NCBI GenBank assembly: GCA_030704615.1
Contig: CM060732.1
Coordinates: 5,084,001 to 5,148,000 of the forward strand
Reading direction: 5' to 3'
Origin: Takakia lepidozioides
Taxonomy: Eukaryota; Plantae; Bryophyta
Length of the DNA stretch: 64,000 bases
The notes beneath the pieces are model-generated. The model was not told where the DNA came from, did no database searches, and was given only the letters and a program-made list of their open reading frames with translations. Position 1 is the first letter of the stretch; the number at the start of each line of letters is the position of its first letter. A program made the position numbers and the translations under genes. Positions 1-13,130 of this stretch are shown one piece after another.

Positions 1-1433
1 AGGTATGTCACAAGCATTATCGGTTGCTCTGTGTAGCTTGGTACAGGGAGGGGGAGCTGCTTCCTGTCGCGTGAATCCTCTGATTCAGGCACTCTTGCAT
101 GTGCGTACTAAAGGTAAGGTATGTGTGCTTCTTCTGTATTTTAGTGTTCTGTTATTATGTCGCAATCTATTGCAATCTTTTTACAATCTTGCGGTTATGT
201 CAGAATGTTAGGATAGTATTACAGCCTACGGTTTGAATGCGAACCCAGTACGACCAACGGATTGTTTATTCACCCACATCATATCAGTTATATGAATCTC
301 ATCAATATATGCATCTGTCAGTTTCGTCTGTGGGTTGAACTGATGATCTTGAGAGCGATCGCTGCATCTGTGAGGCGCGGTTAGTAGTATGTACAAACAG
401 AAGTGCACAATTATATTAGAGGTCTCATCAGGAAACACCCTGATCGATGGAGGCGTGTTCCTTCGTGGAATATTATAGGCTTGTAGGTCTCCAGAGATTT
501 CATGCTGGGTACGTATATCCTCTGATTTGAGATGGAGTTGCGGTGCATTGTTTGTTCTGATGTCGAGTGTAGTATCATCAGTTGCACCAAGGAAAGTATA
601 GCCAGTGCACATGTACAGCACTGGCGGGAGGGCCAGATGCAGTTTACTACGGACTTGGAGCCTGATTTGGACCTCATTTGGACCAGACTATGTGACGTCG
701 AAAATGCCACCCTCTTATGTAGTATAACACAATATCATGCACTCTGAAAATGCGATTGATCTCATGAGCCACAGACATGCTCAGCAGAAGTGAACACCAC
801 TAGTCGAACCCAAGCAGAAGCTGCAAAACTTTGTGCATGCACGAACGGAAATTTCCCTCTGAGGCATGGAAAAGTGGGGGAAAGTTACAGTATTTCACGG
901 ATTCTGTAGTCTCACTTATTGACAGTGCAGACATGTCTGTTTCAATAACGTATAAGTGAACAGAATATGGAATTTTGATGTCACATGAGAAATGAACCTG
1001 GAAGATGATGCAAAACCAACGAAGCGTTGCTGTTAATTTTGCTCCTACCGTGCCAAGTAACAGTAAGCGTGGTGCTACAGGTTGATTTTCGATGATAGAC
1101 TATATATACACAGGCTTGTTATTACGCAACACGGATTCCTCCATATGTGCTTGATCATGTGGACTTCATTTACAACCACATGCACATGCAGCCACCGTGT
1201 AAAATACCACCAGCTAAACAAAGGCAACCGAATATAGTCCATAATTACTAGGAATGTCAACAAATTTAGCAGATCAGTGAGCTGGGACGCCATTGTTTCT
1301 CCCTGCATGTTCTTCTGTCGATCTGTGAGCTGGAAGGTAAGGACGACTAACAGCTACCCTAGTCCGTGAGGAACAACTCAACCGTTGTGCGTAGGTTCTA
1401 CTAACTTAGATTTGCTCAATTCAACCTCATTTC

Positions 1434-1692
1434 TTTTTTATTTTTCTTTTTTTTATTTTTTTTCTTTTTTATTTTTTTGTAAAGGGAAACACCTGGGAGC
1501 GACAGCTCACAAATCAGGCCCCTTGATAGAGAGAGGAGAAAAAAACCTCTCGGTAACCTCGCCGTAAGGCTTTCAGATGCGACACCGCGCAGGGAAGGGG
1601 GAGAAGAGCACCCGTGAAGTAGCAGGATTGGACCCCAGGGTCATCCGGATGGCACTCAGTACACTTTACCAACTGAGCTACTGACTGTTGGT
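1434..1692 (-). mobile_element. tRNA-derived SINE with A-rich tail and 10-bp TSD
   Basis: The minus strand begins with a Pol III A box (TAGCTCAGTTGG) and a B-box-like GGTCCAATCC, followed by a non-tRNA body and an A-rich tail (T-rich on + at 1434-1480). The direct repeat ACCTCATTTC flanks it at 1424-1433 and 1693-1702. Confidence 0.85.
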
Positions 1693-2520
1693 ACCTCATT
1701 TCAACTCAACTCCTGTCCAGAATATCTGGTGCAGCGGGCTTTGCTAGAAAATATTGGTGACAAGGTCTGTGATTGAAATGGCCCTGTCATTTGGTGTAAT
1801 CAATAGGGAGACGCAGCCCGACGCAGACAGAGATAGGCTGCACGGGTTGTAGGCGGTGGCTGGCCGGCCCCCCGGTCACCTGCTCGCCGATCCCCACCTT
1901 GGGAGGTGGGGTCCATTTCCGCCCTGGCCCGGTCAGTTGCGGATTAACTTAGGCGACGGGTTAACTGGGGACATAGATTCCCAGATTTTGACCCGCAACT
2001 AAATAACCGGAGATCAGCCCCAACCCATACGATTTGGCCTGTGGTAGCCGTCATATGTTTGCAAACGGAAATACAAGCAATAAGGGTACTCTTGCATCAA
2101 TAAGATCATTAACTCTTGGAAAATTAGGGGCACTAGGGTAGCCTGGGCCGTTGGCCCAAGTGTCAAGTGTCATCTAAGCCCAAGTGCAATCTCCTATGTA
2201 TGCAAGCGCGTGACAGTGAATGCTCAATCGGTGCATTCGTCTAGCGAGATGGTACGTTCAATCGGAACTGTAAACGCTCCCAAGGTTGTTTTGCTCTTAG
2301 TCGGTTTGTCCTGTTTGCACGCTCAGCGTGAAGTCTGACCAGCTTGGGCTGTGCCATTGTGTGTACTTCGCTTGGATGCAATCCCTGTTTGCACATTGGC
2401 AACTGGTACCTGCCAACAAGGATGGTGAAATTAAAAGTTTATAAAGCAGTTACCTCATTACATGTTTCACTGTAGTACAGTTTAATGTAATGTCAACCTT
2501 GTAGGGTCTCCCTTGGTGAC

Positions 2521-3016
2521 GCTGCAATGATTACTGAACTTCAAGACTTTCAAAGCCCTTAGTGAGGGCGGTGAAGAGATGAGTATTCTGAGCAGCTTCC
2601 TCCTTCCCCTTTTTAAGAACAGAGATATTGGAAGTATTTGGAACTTGCTTTATCGAAAGTTATGTTGTCAATTCTGCAAGTACGAGCTTATGCCGAGAGT
2701 CTATTGGAAAAGCTGCATTCTGAGCGCCACGCGATCAACCTTCTTGAGAGGTCGGTTCTTTATAGGCAACTAGCACATGAATCTTCCTCGTCTTTGAAAC
2801 CAAGAGAATCTGGTTGCATGACTCTAGCAAGCTTTCGTTTGCCATGCTTTTGTTTTAGGGGTTCAGAGGCAATCGACTCCATTTGAGATGAATGTTTGAT
2901 GGAGAGCATGCTCCCTTGGTAATGCTGCAATGATGACTAAGGAAGCTTTTGGAGCCCTTTAAGAGGGCGGTGAAGAAATAATGGGTTTTTTGAGCAGCTA
3001 CCTCCATACTCTTTTT
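2521..3016. repeat. Degenerate ~400-bp-spaced direct repeat
   Basis: GCTGCAATGA...GAGGGCGGTGAAGA...TGAGCAGC..CCTCC occurs at ~2521-2612 and ~2924-3016, with a partial third copy at ~3081-3160. Confidence 0.5.
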
Positions 3017-3499
3017 GCAACGCAGATGAGCATGTACGTTGGAACCACTTGGACGTCAGGTTAGGCTAGGTCGTTGAATGGCTGCAATGATGAGCTTGTG
3101 GTTCACGAACATGATTCTAAGTCAATCTAAAGACAATGAGAATTGTTACATTCTGAGCAGCCGGGAGTGATGGTTGGCTGAATGAGGCTTACCAAAGAGC
3201 ATGTGAAAGCGCGGCCTAATCCGTCGATTAGGCAACACTAGAGCATGCTGTGTGACAGAGGGGGATGCGAGGAAGAGCGTCGCTGTGGGCGAGGGTATGG
3301 TGGAGTGACGCTTCTGACGTTGTATCTCTCTTCAGTGCTTGGCTTGGCATGAGCTTGTGTGTGGTGTGGATCTTTTGATTGCGTTTGCAGATGTCAGTTT
3401 TTTATGCTGCTTCCTGTCTGTTTGGATTCCTTGTTGCGGTTTAGGTGTCATAAACCTTAAGCTATTTTAGACCTCGCACCACCTCGCACTTCTGGAGGT

Positions 3500-4340
3500 G
3501 GTGTAGTGGTGATTGCCTTCTTCGCATCCAAACCACCAAATCCTTTGGCGAGGGAAGACGCTACTGGAGAAGTTCAAAGAAAGAAGAATTGTCCCCATGC
3601 AAAACTAGATCCGCTGATCGCTGCAGAAGCACTCTTACAAAGAGAAGGAACCAGGACTCTTTTAGAGAGGGGAAGCACCCCACATGAAATTTCGCATCGT
3701 GGTTTTGATTCTACCCAGCAAATTAGAGCCCGGGGACCACACAGATGAAAACCAAATACAAGCTAGCAAGATTTGATTGAGAACCAGCGCAAAACCTGCT
3801 AAGGACAGCATGACCGAACTCCAAAAGGCCAGCTTGGTGCGGAGCTTCAGGAGATTTGGTTCAAACCTTTGTTCTTCAGAGAGCCCGATACCAACTTGAG
3901 AGTGTGCGCCGAACCTGGCGAGAGCCATCTGAGGCCCAGATCGTGTCCCCAGGGCGGCCCATGCTGCCTTGAAGCATTGGGAGGCAGCTCCGTGAGGAGC
4001 CCCACCGATTTGCTCCAATTGACCCTTAGCCCATAGGGTCAATTTAGCCCTAGTGATGTTGGAGGAATCTTCATTGCTCAATATAAGCATGGCATTGTCC
4101 GCATACATGGATATTTTAAAGGAAGGCCCCTGCAACACCTTCAGACCCACAATATCTTGTCTAGAGCTAAGGAAGTGCCTAAGGGCATCAGCTGCTATGA
4201 GGAAGAGGTAAGGGGCCAAGGGGCATCCTTGTCTTACTGACATGTGAAGGGCGAAGGATTTGGAAATGGCACCATTAACGGTCACTTTACTGGACGCGGA
4301 GCTGAGAAGCAACTGTACCTATCTAGAGAAAGATTCAGGC
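3500..4340 (-). mobile_element. Non-LTR (LINE, L1/Tx1-like) reverse transcriptase fragment, decayed
   Basis: ORF 3662-4312 has VRQGCPLAPYLFLIAADAL and YADN (YADD-like), then the LSLAGFALVLNQILLA motif. It is truncated at ~4340. Confidence 0.85.
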
Positions 4341-4445
4341 CAGCGTAGCTACGGCGTGAGCCCAGCCCCGTGAGCGTGGGAGCTGAGCTCACGTTGTAGC
4401 TGCAAAGCATGAGCTGAGCTCACGCTTCAGGGAAGCGTGAGCGGC
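4341..4445. repeat. Cluster of (G/C)TGAGC short repeats at the LINE breakpoint; candidate terminus of the large element
   Basis: GTGAGC / CTGAGCTCACG / CATGAGC motifs repeat starting exactly where the LINE RT reading frame stops. Confidence 0.4.
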
Positions 4446-4758
4446 ACAAATCTGCTGGAGAAGCAGGTCCTATAGGCGAGGATTGCAGGAAGAGGGCCTA
4501 TTACCGTGGACAAAACAAAGGGGGCACCGTGCACCATGTCTGCAATGCCTGCACAAAAAGAGGAATATGAAAATATGGCAGATTTGAGCTCAGAATGATT
4601 GACACACTTTATTTCAATTCACAGATAGACGCTTACACTGAATGGCATGTGCATTTGCCCTGGTTCCGCGAACGAAATGTATGTGTTTGTCCTAAATGCA
4701 AAGTCTTTACACGGTAACCTAGAAACCAGCATGGGAAGCGGGCATGGCTCGTATGTAT

Positions 4759-7700
4759 TCAAAGAGAATTTGGCGGAGCCCTACGTGAGGTGTCCCGCTG
4801 TAGAAGGGTGATTACTTCTCCGTAGCCTAGTGTGGCTTGGTGAATGAATTGGTCTCTCTTACCGTCGCAGCACATAATTACAAAGTATATGTAATATTGA
4901 TGCTTGCAGGGGACCCACTTCCCTCTCATGCCGAGAGCGCCCTCACGCATCGTTACAAAATCCGGACAAGTGCACGTAGGGAAATTCCCCACGGTAATCT
5001 GATATTCTTTGCCATGAAGAACTGAGCCAATAGACAGCACTGTGTAAATCCGTCCATACCCCGGGGTAGGGACTTCGGTGATACGAGTCACCCGAACCTG
5101 CAAAATTTTAGCCGATTCCATCTTGCATTCGTGATCTGCACCCGAAGCGACACGGCGCACTGTTTTTCCATCTCTTTTTGTTGGGTGGGAGTTGGCACCG
5201 GGTGGAGCCATTGCTGGAGCATGTGGCACATCTGTGCCAACAGTGCATGAGGGCACCACCCGGGACTGTGCAAGACAGAACCCTCCCTCCTCCAGCATGT
5301 TTATCTCGGTTGATGACAGCGACGTCCCAAGTTTCACAAGCCAAATTGCGAGGGGAGGGGGCTTCATTATCACCGAAGGACGAACTGTTCCCTTGACGCA
5401 TCGTGCCATATCGTCTGGTCATTTGACTCCCCACTATGATAAGGTCGGAACAACCGTGTGAATGTTGGAGCTGGAGTTCCTCTGGAGCCTTTGCATATTT
5501 TTTATTTGCATTTCTTGAAAGAAGGGGTCCGAATTGCCATGCAAGCCACTCTAGATCCTGGTGGGGTGCGTTCTATATGCCACTCACTATCAATGCAATC
5601 AGATTCATGCACCATGGCCACCACCTCCTCCAATGGGATTCCTGCTGCTGTGCTTGCATGATCTGCACCTGCTCCACTGGAGGAGGACCCACCTGGGAAG
5701 GGGCGGGCACACGACTTAGTCTGCACTGGAGACACCCTTGGTACAGAGAAATTGACCCTGTCCGGCCGATGGGAATCTCCATCCGACCCTGGAGGAGTGT
5801 TCAATATCCTTTTGCATGATCCAAATCTTTCCTCGCCTTCCAAATGGGGGAGCCTGGATTGCAAAGGGGAGCCTTCAGTGCACCTGTTCAGAGCTCTGGC
5901 CATCTTCGATGGGTCTCCAGACCTACTCGCAGCCCTTAGCATCAACAAAGTTGTATCAGGGCCCTTGCCTCCGCCCCGTCCCATCAGAAAATTGCGGTAC
6001 TTGGTTTGTTGTGTAAGTGCCCGCACCATGTCATCAGCAGTGGCCACATACAAGTCACGTCCTGCTTTGGTAGACTGCTGCATCCAGGCGTTGTGAACAG
6101 TCTCCGCCAAATTACAGGATGGTATGTCGGCCAAGTCCTCCAAGGACATGTCCTGCAGGAGGCATTGCATGGAAATGTGAGGAACGAAAGGAAATGGAAG
6201 ACGTTCTGCGAGTGACAATCCAACAACCCCAAATGAAAAGACATGGTGCAAAGTGAAATTTGTATTTCTGGGATTGAAGAGGCTTACCGTCGTCATGAAA
6301 GCTCCCCACTGTCTGTACCTGAAGTGCCAAAAAACCAACCAGTCATCCAACTCCTTCAGGTGGATACCAGTAGCAGCACCAGAGGAGAACCACCAAGCCC
6401 GGATTGCTTGGTAAGTGCTCTCAGCTTCTCCCATTGAGGTGACATTTTTGTACTTGAGGCAGAGCCTTCTGTGCTCCAACTGAAGGTCAGGGCGAATGCA
6501 GCGCTTTGTATGACGTGCCAGAGATTGACTCCAATGGAAGAGGCATGTGCGCTCCTTATTTTCCATTGGGACCTTAGGATCCCCCAAACCAAACACGCGC
6601 CGCACTGCATTGAAATTTGCCTGTGCACTATCAGCCATGAAGCCCGCAAAATTTGTGTTCTGTATTCCATTGCGCTGCATGACGGCCAGGAGCGAATTCC
6701 ACATGAGCATCTGGGATTCAGTGTCCTCCGACTGCATATCACACATTGTTATAGAGAGCACACGTTGGTACGCTAGATCGTACACATGGCACGCCATGGT
6801 TGTCCAACCCTTCACCCGTTTGCAGTGATCAAACATTAACCAACATTTTGCCAAATCTCCTCCAGGTTGCATTCGGCGGACAATGCTCGCACCACTGCCT
6901 TCGCCCACTGTGGACATCTTAAACAAATACACCTTGGACGAGCCCTGGCCAGGGAAGATACTATTTTGAATGAATTCATAGCGACTCCTCGTTTGAGGTC
7001 CATAATGTTGTCCATGAATCCAGCAGTGCATGTGCCCATTTTGCCCATTTTAAGTGCATTCACTGGTTTCGAATATTGGGAGAGCTCAAACTACGAAAGA
7101 ACGATAGAAATATGTCCATCACTGCCTCAAGACAAATCTGATCCAGCATTAGTTGTGTCGCATCCCCTTCACCCAGTATGTGTTTTTCCAGGAATGCCTT
7201 GCTAGCTGCAAGCGCTATAGCAGAAGGTGTTGCACAAGGGGCATTGTGGAACTCCTACTTCAGCATATTTCTAGCGATCTCCACGCTATCCTGCAACTCC
7301 TTTGGACACATGGACACAGATGCTCGTTTTGTACCCCATATGAATGCAGGCACGAGTCATTGTTTTGCATCGGTGTGCGCCACCTAGTACATACGAGCGT
7401 GGCACACAGAAACACAAGACGGGGAAAGTTTGCAGAACCTCAGCACACTATTGGTCTTGGGAGGGGCAAGCCCTGGGGTTGAAAGGATTCAGGGGCACAC
7501 CTTCCCACTCACTTTTGTTGGTTCCCCCCTTTAGCGCTGTTTCTCAGGCTGAGGGCAAGAAATATCACCCACTTACAATGCCCAACGCAGACCGACCTCG
7601 AAATTTCAATCCATGTCATTGTGGACATTCGACGGTTTTGTCCGGCACCAAGGGTGTCCGTCATGTTTCTTGTCCATGCCCTGCAGAAGCCCAGATAGTC

Positions 7701-7900
7701 CAAGAAGAAAACATGGGAGGGTTGAGCTCAACACACATTTAGATGGCCCATAATCAAATCGCTGGCACGATTGTAACCCGTTTGCAAACGACCCCCCCAG
7801 GGACTCCCAATCACAAAAACGCAGCTGCTCTTGCACCCCACGGATCCCTGCGAGGGCTTTCAATTTCGAATGATCACTCGTATAGCTCCTGCCTAACTTG
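4759..7900 (-). pseudogene. GCM-like DNA-binding domain + MULE (Mutator)-type DDE transposase + C-terminal SWIM zinc finger, with stops/frameshifts
   Basis: GCM-like pieces GMDKKHDGHPWCRTKPSNVHND, RSVCVGHC and MTRACIHMG (7330-7700). MULE motifs FMADSAQANFNAVRRVF, CLFHWSQ (CxxH) and PSCNLAETVHNAW (catalytic E) in ORF 5502-7031. SWIM CTCPDF...CKH in ORF 4759-5409. 5' exons may extend to ~8500. Confidence 0.75.
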
Positions 7901-9669
7901 TCATGTCATCCAAGAATGGAGTCTGCATTGGCGGAGGAATTTCACCTAAACATCCTCCTGAGGACGAGTCTGAAAGAGTGTCCAAGATAGTGTAGTGGAT
8001 GTTGCTCTAAATCTTGTGTTCACTAGTTTCATGAACTGTCAGCGTAACTACTGATCCTGTATGTCTTCTCTCCTTCCAATTTGCCCGGACGCTGCTCCCC
8101 ACTCCTTCCACACTCGCCAGCCCTCGTTTCCCCCAGGTGCCCAGAATCCAAATTCCCATCCTCGTCCTACACCTCTTTTTGAACAAGCAGAGAACCCAAT
8201 TCCAGAGGGAACACTGTAACCAGCTCATCCTCATGAACAACTGCAAACCCATCGTCATCTACAGTGGCAGTCAGTGGAAGACTACCTGCATTGGAATGAA
8301 ATCGAGCGAGTCTATCTCGCTCCCTGGACATGTTTTCGTACATTGACAGAAAGTTGCGATTCACAGAGGAATCCCCGAACTGATAGCCCGTAATTCTCGT
8401 AAGGGGATCCACCCCAAACAAACTGAGGTAAAAAAAGGTAACACTGACCCAAAGACTACGGGCGATGCATGCAAAGGATGTAGGAATGACATGCACCGAA
8501 CTTTGCAGACAGCCACACTGAGAGACACCAACCAGAAAAACTGTTTTCTAAGACAAGAAGCCACAAGAAGTCGTGCTGTATTTGGATGAAAAACAAACCC
8601 TGAACATGACATAAAATCATCCATTATGGAAAGACGGCAACAACCCTGGAGAGCAGTAAAGAGGAAGACCCCGAATCTAATGAGGTTGTGTTGTGCCAGA
8701 AGAGCACAGCACAAACACTGACACTTCGGGAGACACCTCGCATGAGTGTGTGCAACACATGACCATTGTCGACACAACCCTTTATACCGAATGACCCCAT
8801 TGCGACGGTGACGGCGAAATGCAAACCGTAGGGTAGGCAGTACAACACACATGGACGCATTTGTAAAGCATAACAATTATTGCGAATCTGCAAGTACTGC
8901 TCGAAATCGAACTAGCATTAGATTTTTACGGCACTTCCGAATTTCAAAGAATGCAAGAAGGCTGCCATGTATTGGCAGGCGACGAAGTACATCTGACATA
9001 TATCACAAGTACATGCAACGGATCTACTTTTTTTCCACCACTTTATTTCTTAGATAATACAAAGACGCCGAAATGGATGAATTCCGTTCGCACACAATGA
9101 TGACACCCGCATCCAAATACGGTTAACAATGTCCAATTTTTACTTTTGTTACATGCCATAGCAATGCTTGTTGCAAACGTCACACTGAAGAGCTCCAGAG
9201 GCAGCGTGGGGAGCCCTTGTTTCCAACGGAGGAGGAAGAGAAGGAAGACGTTATACTTCACGAGCACTAGGGACAGGAATAGAGCCAGATATAGAATGAG
9301 GATGGAAAGAGTAGACGAAGAGGAAAAGGAGGAAGAAGAGGGCAAAGAGGAAAGTCTAGCGATGGAAGAGCAGGAATCTGGAGAAGAACAGCAGCCCGCC
9401 ATACTTCCAAGAACATGTGAGGAGGAGACTGAATCTGAGGGAGAGACGGACACCGAAGATGATATTGATGCTGGCCTCAGGAAGAATCAGATAGTGGAAA
9501 AGAGGATGGGGGAGATGCTCTAGAACATGCTCGGCGTAGAGAGCAGTCCGAAGCGCAAAGGGTCTCCGGCGATTGGGGAGTCTTTTGGAGCAGCAAAAAA
9601 AAAGGTATAATGTTTGAGACCAACCTTTGTGCTTCATTGGTGATGTGAACCCCAGTTGTGCTTGTATTT

Positions 9670-10121
9670 TAAATGGGGGGCTCAAACAGTGTGCGGTGCC
9701 GCACACTGTTTGAGCTTCCAATTCGGGGTGGATTCAATCTGCCATAGTGGCCCTATGTGGCCGTTTTGAACATGAAAAAACAAGCAAAATGGGGGGCTCA
9801 AACAGTGTGCGGTGCCGCACACTGTTTGAGCTTCCAATTCGGGGTGGATTCAACCTGCCATAGTGGCCCTATGTGGCCGTTTTGAACATCAAAAAACAAG
9901 CAAAATGGGGGGCTCAAACAGTGTGCGGTGCCACACACTGTTTGAGCTTCCAATTCGGTGTGGATTGAACCTGCCATAGTGGTCCTATGTGGCCGTTTTG
10001 CACATCAAAAAACAAGCAAAATGGGGGGCTCAAACAGTGTGCGTTGCCGCACACTGTTTGAGCTTCCAATTCGGGGTGGATTCAACCTGCCAAAGATGCC
10101 GTGTATAGGCGGTTTTCATAT
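9670..10121. repeat. 116-bp tandem repeat, left block (4 palindromes)
   Basis: GCTCAAACAGTGTGCGG-TG-CCGCACACTGTTTGAGC (or close variant) at 9680, 9796, 9912 and 10028; period 116. Confidence 0.95.
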
Positions 10122-10966
10122 CACTACAACAGATCGCGGTAGTTATGACTGCCAAACCATGGTAGTCATGGTTTTCATGACTTTGACCATGACTGCACCA
10201 TGTTTTTATATGAAATTGACCTCCCGCAGTCGTTCATACGACTGTAGTCATATGAACGACTATCTAAATAGTCGTCTGTATGACTACATGGCTCTGGAAT
10301 GGGCGGAAGGCTGGTCAACGGCAATTGACCAGATTTAGCTCACCATTCATAGTCATTTCCATGACTACAGTGTACATGGATGAGGTTACATAGTCATGAT
10401 GACTACTGGGGATTTTGTAATTTGGTGTGTATAATACAATTAAAACACCATATGATCATATGAATGACTAATGGGTGTATTGGTTAACAAGTAGTGAACT
10501 ATAATTCTTACAGTAAAGAGGTTGCAGGTTCAAACTCCTCTAAGTATCAAATGGATAAGATGGCCCTAGGGTTAGTAGGTGAGCTAGGGATAGCACGTGG
10601 TGCCCTAGATGGACTGCCACGTGGTTTTTTCATTATTATAAAATGCATTATGCCACGTGGCACAATGCGGTGCGACGCGGCGTTTGACATATGTTTTCAT
10701 TTTCTTAGTTTTTTTAATTTAATTTAATTTTTTAAATCAATTGCGCCTCACCACGTGGCGCGGCGGCGACGGCTACAGTATGGTATATATGACTGCAGTG
10801 AGAGATATCACTTGGTTCATATGACTGTAGTCATCCGGACCGTACCATCCTGTACTCATTGTATTGACTTGGTTTGCACGACTTACAATCATAGAAGTCA
10901 TATGTACCGTTTATGACTGCAGAATAGTTATATATACAGTTATAAATACCGCGATCTGTTGTAGTG
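10122..10966. mobile_element. Non-autonomous CACTA element
   Basis: Perfect 20-bp TIR CACTACAACAGATCGCGGTA (10122-10141 / 10947-10966) and many subterminal ATGACT/AGTCAT motifs. Flanking triplets TAT / AAT do not match. Confidence 0.92.
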
Positions 10967-10974
10967 AATTATAT

Positions 10975-13130
10975 GCTTGTTTTTTTATGTTCAAAACGGC
11001 CACATAGGGCCACAGGTTCAATCCACCCCGAATTGGAAGCTCAAACAGTGTGCGGCACCGCACACTGTTTGAGCCCCCCATTTTGCTTGTTTTTTTATGT
11101 TCAAAACGGCCACATACGGCCACTATGGCAGGTTCAATCCACCTCAAATTGGAAGCTCAAACAGTATGCGGCACCTCACACTATTTGAGCCCCCCATTTT
11201 GCTTGTTTTTTCATGTTCAAAACGGCCACATATGGCCACTATGGCAGGTTCAATCCACCCCGAATTGGCAGCTCAAACAGTGTGCGTCAACGCACACTGT
11301 TTGAGCCCCCCTTGTGCCTTGTTTTTTGGTGTGGAAATGGTGCACACAGGGGCCTCTCTATCTGGTTCAATCCACCCCTAATTCAAAGCTCAAACGGTGT
11401 GCGCCAACGCACACTGTTCGAGCCCCCCTTCTCACTGTTTTTTTCATAATAAAATCGTCCAGACAGGGTATCTCTATGAGGTTCAATCAACAATTTCCTG
11501 GCATCTCCAACAGTGTGCGTCAACGCACACTGTTTGAGCCCACCTTGTCATTGTTTTTTTCATTTGAAAATCGGCCACTTAGGGCATCTCTTTGAGGTTC
11601 AATGCACACTTACCTGGCAGCTCAAACAGTGTGCTTCAACGCACACTGTTTGAGCCCACCTTGTCATTGTTTTTTCATTTGAAAATTGGCCACATAGGGC
11701 ATCTCTTTGAGGTTCAATGCACACTTACCTGGCAGCTCAAACAGTGTGCTTCAACGCACACTGTTTGAGCCCACCTTGTCATTGTTTTTTTCATGTGAAA
11801 ATCGGCCACATAGGGCCAGTCTTGCAGGTTCAATGCACACTTACCTGGTAGCTCAAACAGTGTGCGTCAACGCACACTGTTTGAGCCCACCTTGTCATTG
11901 TTTTTTTCATGTGAAAATCGGCCACATAGGGCCAATCTTGCAGGTTCAATGCACACTTACCTGGCAACTCAAACAGTGTGCGTCAACGCACACTGTTTGA
12001 GCCCACCTTGTCATTGTTTTTTTCATGTGAAAATCGGCCACATAGGGCCACTCAGGTAGGTTCAATCCACCCCGAATTGGAAGCTCAAACAGTGTGCGCC
12101 AACGCACACTGTTTGAGCCCCCCTTCTCATTGTTTTCTTCATAATAAAATCCTCCAGACAGGGTAACTCTGTGAGGTTCAATCCACACTAACCTGGCAGC
12201 TCAAACAATGTGCGTCAACGCACACTGTTTGAGCCCCCCTTGTAATTGTTTCTTGAATGTGAAAATCGTGCACACAGTGGCCTCTCTCTAAGGTTCATTC
12301 CACCCCTTTTTGGAAGCTCAAACAGTGTGTGGCATTGCACACTGTTTGAGCCCACACTTGACATTATTTTTTCATTTTAGAATCGACCACAAAGGTCATC
12401 TCTGTTAGGTTCAATTCACACTTACATGGTAGCCCAAAGAGTATGTGTCAACGCACACTGTTTGAGCCCCCTGATTTGCTTGTTTTTTGACATGAAAATT
12501 GTGCACCTAGGGCCAGTCTGGCAGGTTGAATCCACCCCAAAATGGAAGCTCAAATAATTTGCGGCAACGCACACTGTTTGAGCCCCCTTCACTGACTTTT
12601 CTTTTATTTCAAAATCGGCCACTCATAGCCACTATGCCATGTTAAAATCACCCCTTGTTGCAAGCTCAAACAGTGTGCGGCAACGCACACTGTTTGAGCC
12701 CCCTTGTCTGCTTGTTTTTTGTTGTGAAAATCGGGCACCTAGGGCCACTCTGGCAGGTTGAAACGAACCCTTATTGGAAGCTCAAACAGTGTGCGGCAAC
12801 GCACACTGTTTGAGCCCCCTCTCTGCTTGTTTTTCTATGTGAAATTGGGCCAAACAGGGCCAGTATGCATGCTCAAAACACCCATAGTTGGTAGCACAAA
12901 GAGTGTGCGGCAACGCACACTGTTTGTGCCCCCTTTTTGGCCCCCTCTCTACCTGTTTTTTTTGTGGAAATGTGCCACATAGGGCCAAATATCATGTTCA
13001 AAACACCACTATTTGGAAGCTGAAACATTGTGCGGCAACGCATAGTATTTTCGGCCCCCACACTGCTTGTTTTCTGATGAGAAATTGGGCCACATAGGGC
13101 CTGTCTGCCATGCTCAAAACACCATCGTTT
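10975..13130. repeat. 116-bp tandem repeat, right block (~18 palindromes), opposite orientation to left block
   Basis: Palindromes at 11039, 11155, 11271, 11388 ... ~13018. The linkers are the reverse complement of the left-block linkers and diverge progressively rightwards. Confidence 0.95.

Noticed and set aside
1-1380. Short ORFs, possibly a decayed gene
   Set aside because: No recognisable motif or consistent exon chain.
1615-1692. Functional tRNA gene
   Set aside because: No convincing cloverleaf; the body, tail and TSD indicate a SINE.
4350-4361. ACGGCGTGA shared with 63747-63755 as a common terminus
   Set aside because: Only 9 bp, same orientation, and the surrounding sequence is unrelated.
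10470-10545. tRNA-like B box (GGTTCAAACTCC) inside the small CACTA
   Set aside because: No A box or stems can be supported.
9670-13130. CRISPR array
   Set aside because: The 36-bp palindromic repeat is CRISPR-like in size, but the ~80-bp spacers are homologous to each other, no cas genes are present and the context is eukaryotic.
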